Below are positions 43,284 to 44,098 of a stretch of 44,098 bases of DNA, one piece after another. The translations under genes and the position numbers were made by a program. Each line of letters begins with the position of its first letter. The first letter of the stretch is position 1. Where the stretch lies: the IMG/VR virus record IMGVR_UViG_3300028586_000770, positions 1 through 44,098 of that record, one strand, 5' to 3'. The DNA comes from a virus. Lineage: Duplodnaviria; Caudoviricetes. The notes beneath the pieces are model-generated. The model searched no databases. It was not told the DNA's origin and was given only the letters and a program-made list of their open reading frames with translations.

Positions 43284-43291
43284 ATGATAAG

Positions 43292-43324
43292 AAAAACCCT
43301 TCAATTAATTTTGAAGGGTTTTTT
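43292..43324 (+). terminator. Terminator of the original host tRNA gene
   Basis: AAAAACCCTTCAA-TTAATT-TTGAAGGGTTTTTT directly after the att core. Confidence 0.85.
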
Positions 43325-43377
43325 GTTTTTAGTTGTGTACTGAATAGTTGTCTACACCACCGCCGGGTAATATTAAT

Positions 43378-44098
43378 TACTTTCACCCGGATCATTTGGG
43401 CAGCAGTAATTATTTAACCTATATAAGGGCGAGCCCTACCGACTTTATTAAATTTGTCTTTTGGCGAAGACATGGCAGAGCAGCATAGCCTCACCGAAGA
43501 CTATGAAACGCCTTATAAGTTTAATGGTAAAGAACTGGATAGCGAAACCGGCTTGTATTATTATGGAGCGCGTTACTACGACCCAAGGACAAGCATTTGG
43601 CTAAGCACTGACCCATTGATGGAGAAATATGCAAGTGTTAGTCCATATGTATATTGTTTGAATAACCCTGTATTATATACTGATCCTGATGGTAGAGACC
43701 CAATTATAACTATAACTAATAAAATAATTTATTACGCTGAACAAAAAATTTATAGAACAGAAGGAATGGCTAATAATGGAGGTTATTACACAGTTAAAGT
43801 TCCGGTTTATCAAGTTAATGTTACAGATGACGAGGATTCAAATTTTAATTTTAGTTTTGGCGTAACGAGAGATGCTTGGGTCTTAAGCAAAGTTGATGGG
43901 AATAATCTGGTTCTTGATAATATTGCATTTGAGCCTGCAAAAGGAGGTTCGAATGAATATAAAGGCACATATATAGATGTATACCCTCACAATAATGACA
44001 CTTCAGCTTTTGAATTGAGACAGGGCGGTAGTAAGGTTTTAAATTCAGAACAAAGAAAGAATGACAATGGAGAACAAGTATCTTCTGAACTAGTGTAA
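43378..44098 (+). pseudogene. Degraded/orphan Rhs core with C-terminal toxin region (host DNA)
   Basis: YKFNGKELDSETGLYYYGARYYDP...NNPVLYTDPDG in the 43454-44098 frame; upstream YFHPDHLGSS at 43378 is in another frame. Confidence 0.8.

Overview
Nearly the whole window (1 to ~43283) is an apparently intact temperate siphovirus-like prophage of a Bacteroidota host, most likely Flavobacteriaceae, judged from TANNTTTG -7 promoters and the tRNA-Met sequence. A tyrosine integrase sits at the left edge, and a duplicated 3' half of tRNA-Met (att core) sits at 43237-43283, followed by a degraded host Rhs core. The modules are: an inverted tail operon (neck, tape measure, tail tip; minus strand); a candidate late regulator; S49 protease/scaffold, capsid and tail tube; a C5-methyltransferase plus Mom-like cassette behind a structured RNA leader; terminase, portal, adaptor and a beta-helix tailspike; holin, glucosaminidase and a unimolecular spanin; an AT-rich accessory region with SRAP; a leftward early/replication operon; and a cro/cI switch. 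The least explained layer is non-coding or very small. It includes eight copies of a TGTCCTA-N21-(-7 box) promoter, several giving leaderless mRNAs and one driving only a small RNA. It also includes a tandem array of three paralogous sRNA genes, two tandem sRNA + paralogous small-protein cassettes, two tRNA mimics with broken anticodon arms, and a 50-aa portal-like peptide in a repeat-bounded cassette. All calls come from reading motifs by eye; no database searches were run.
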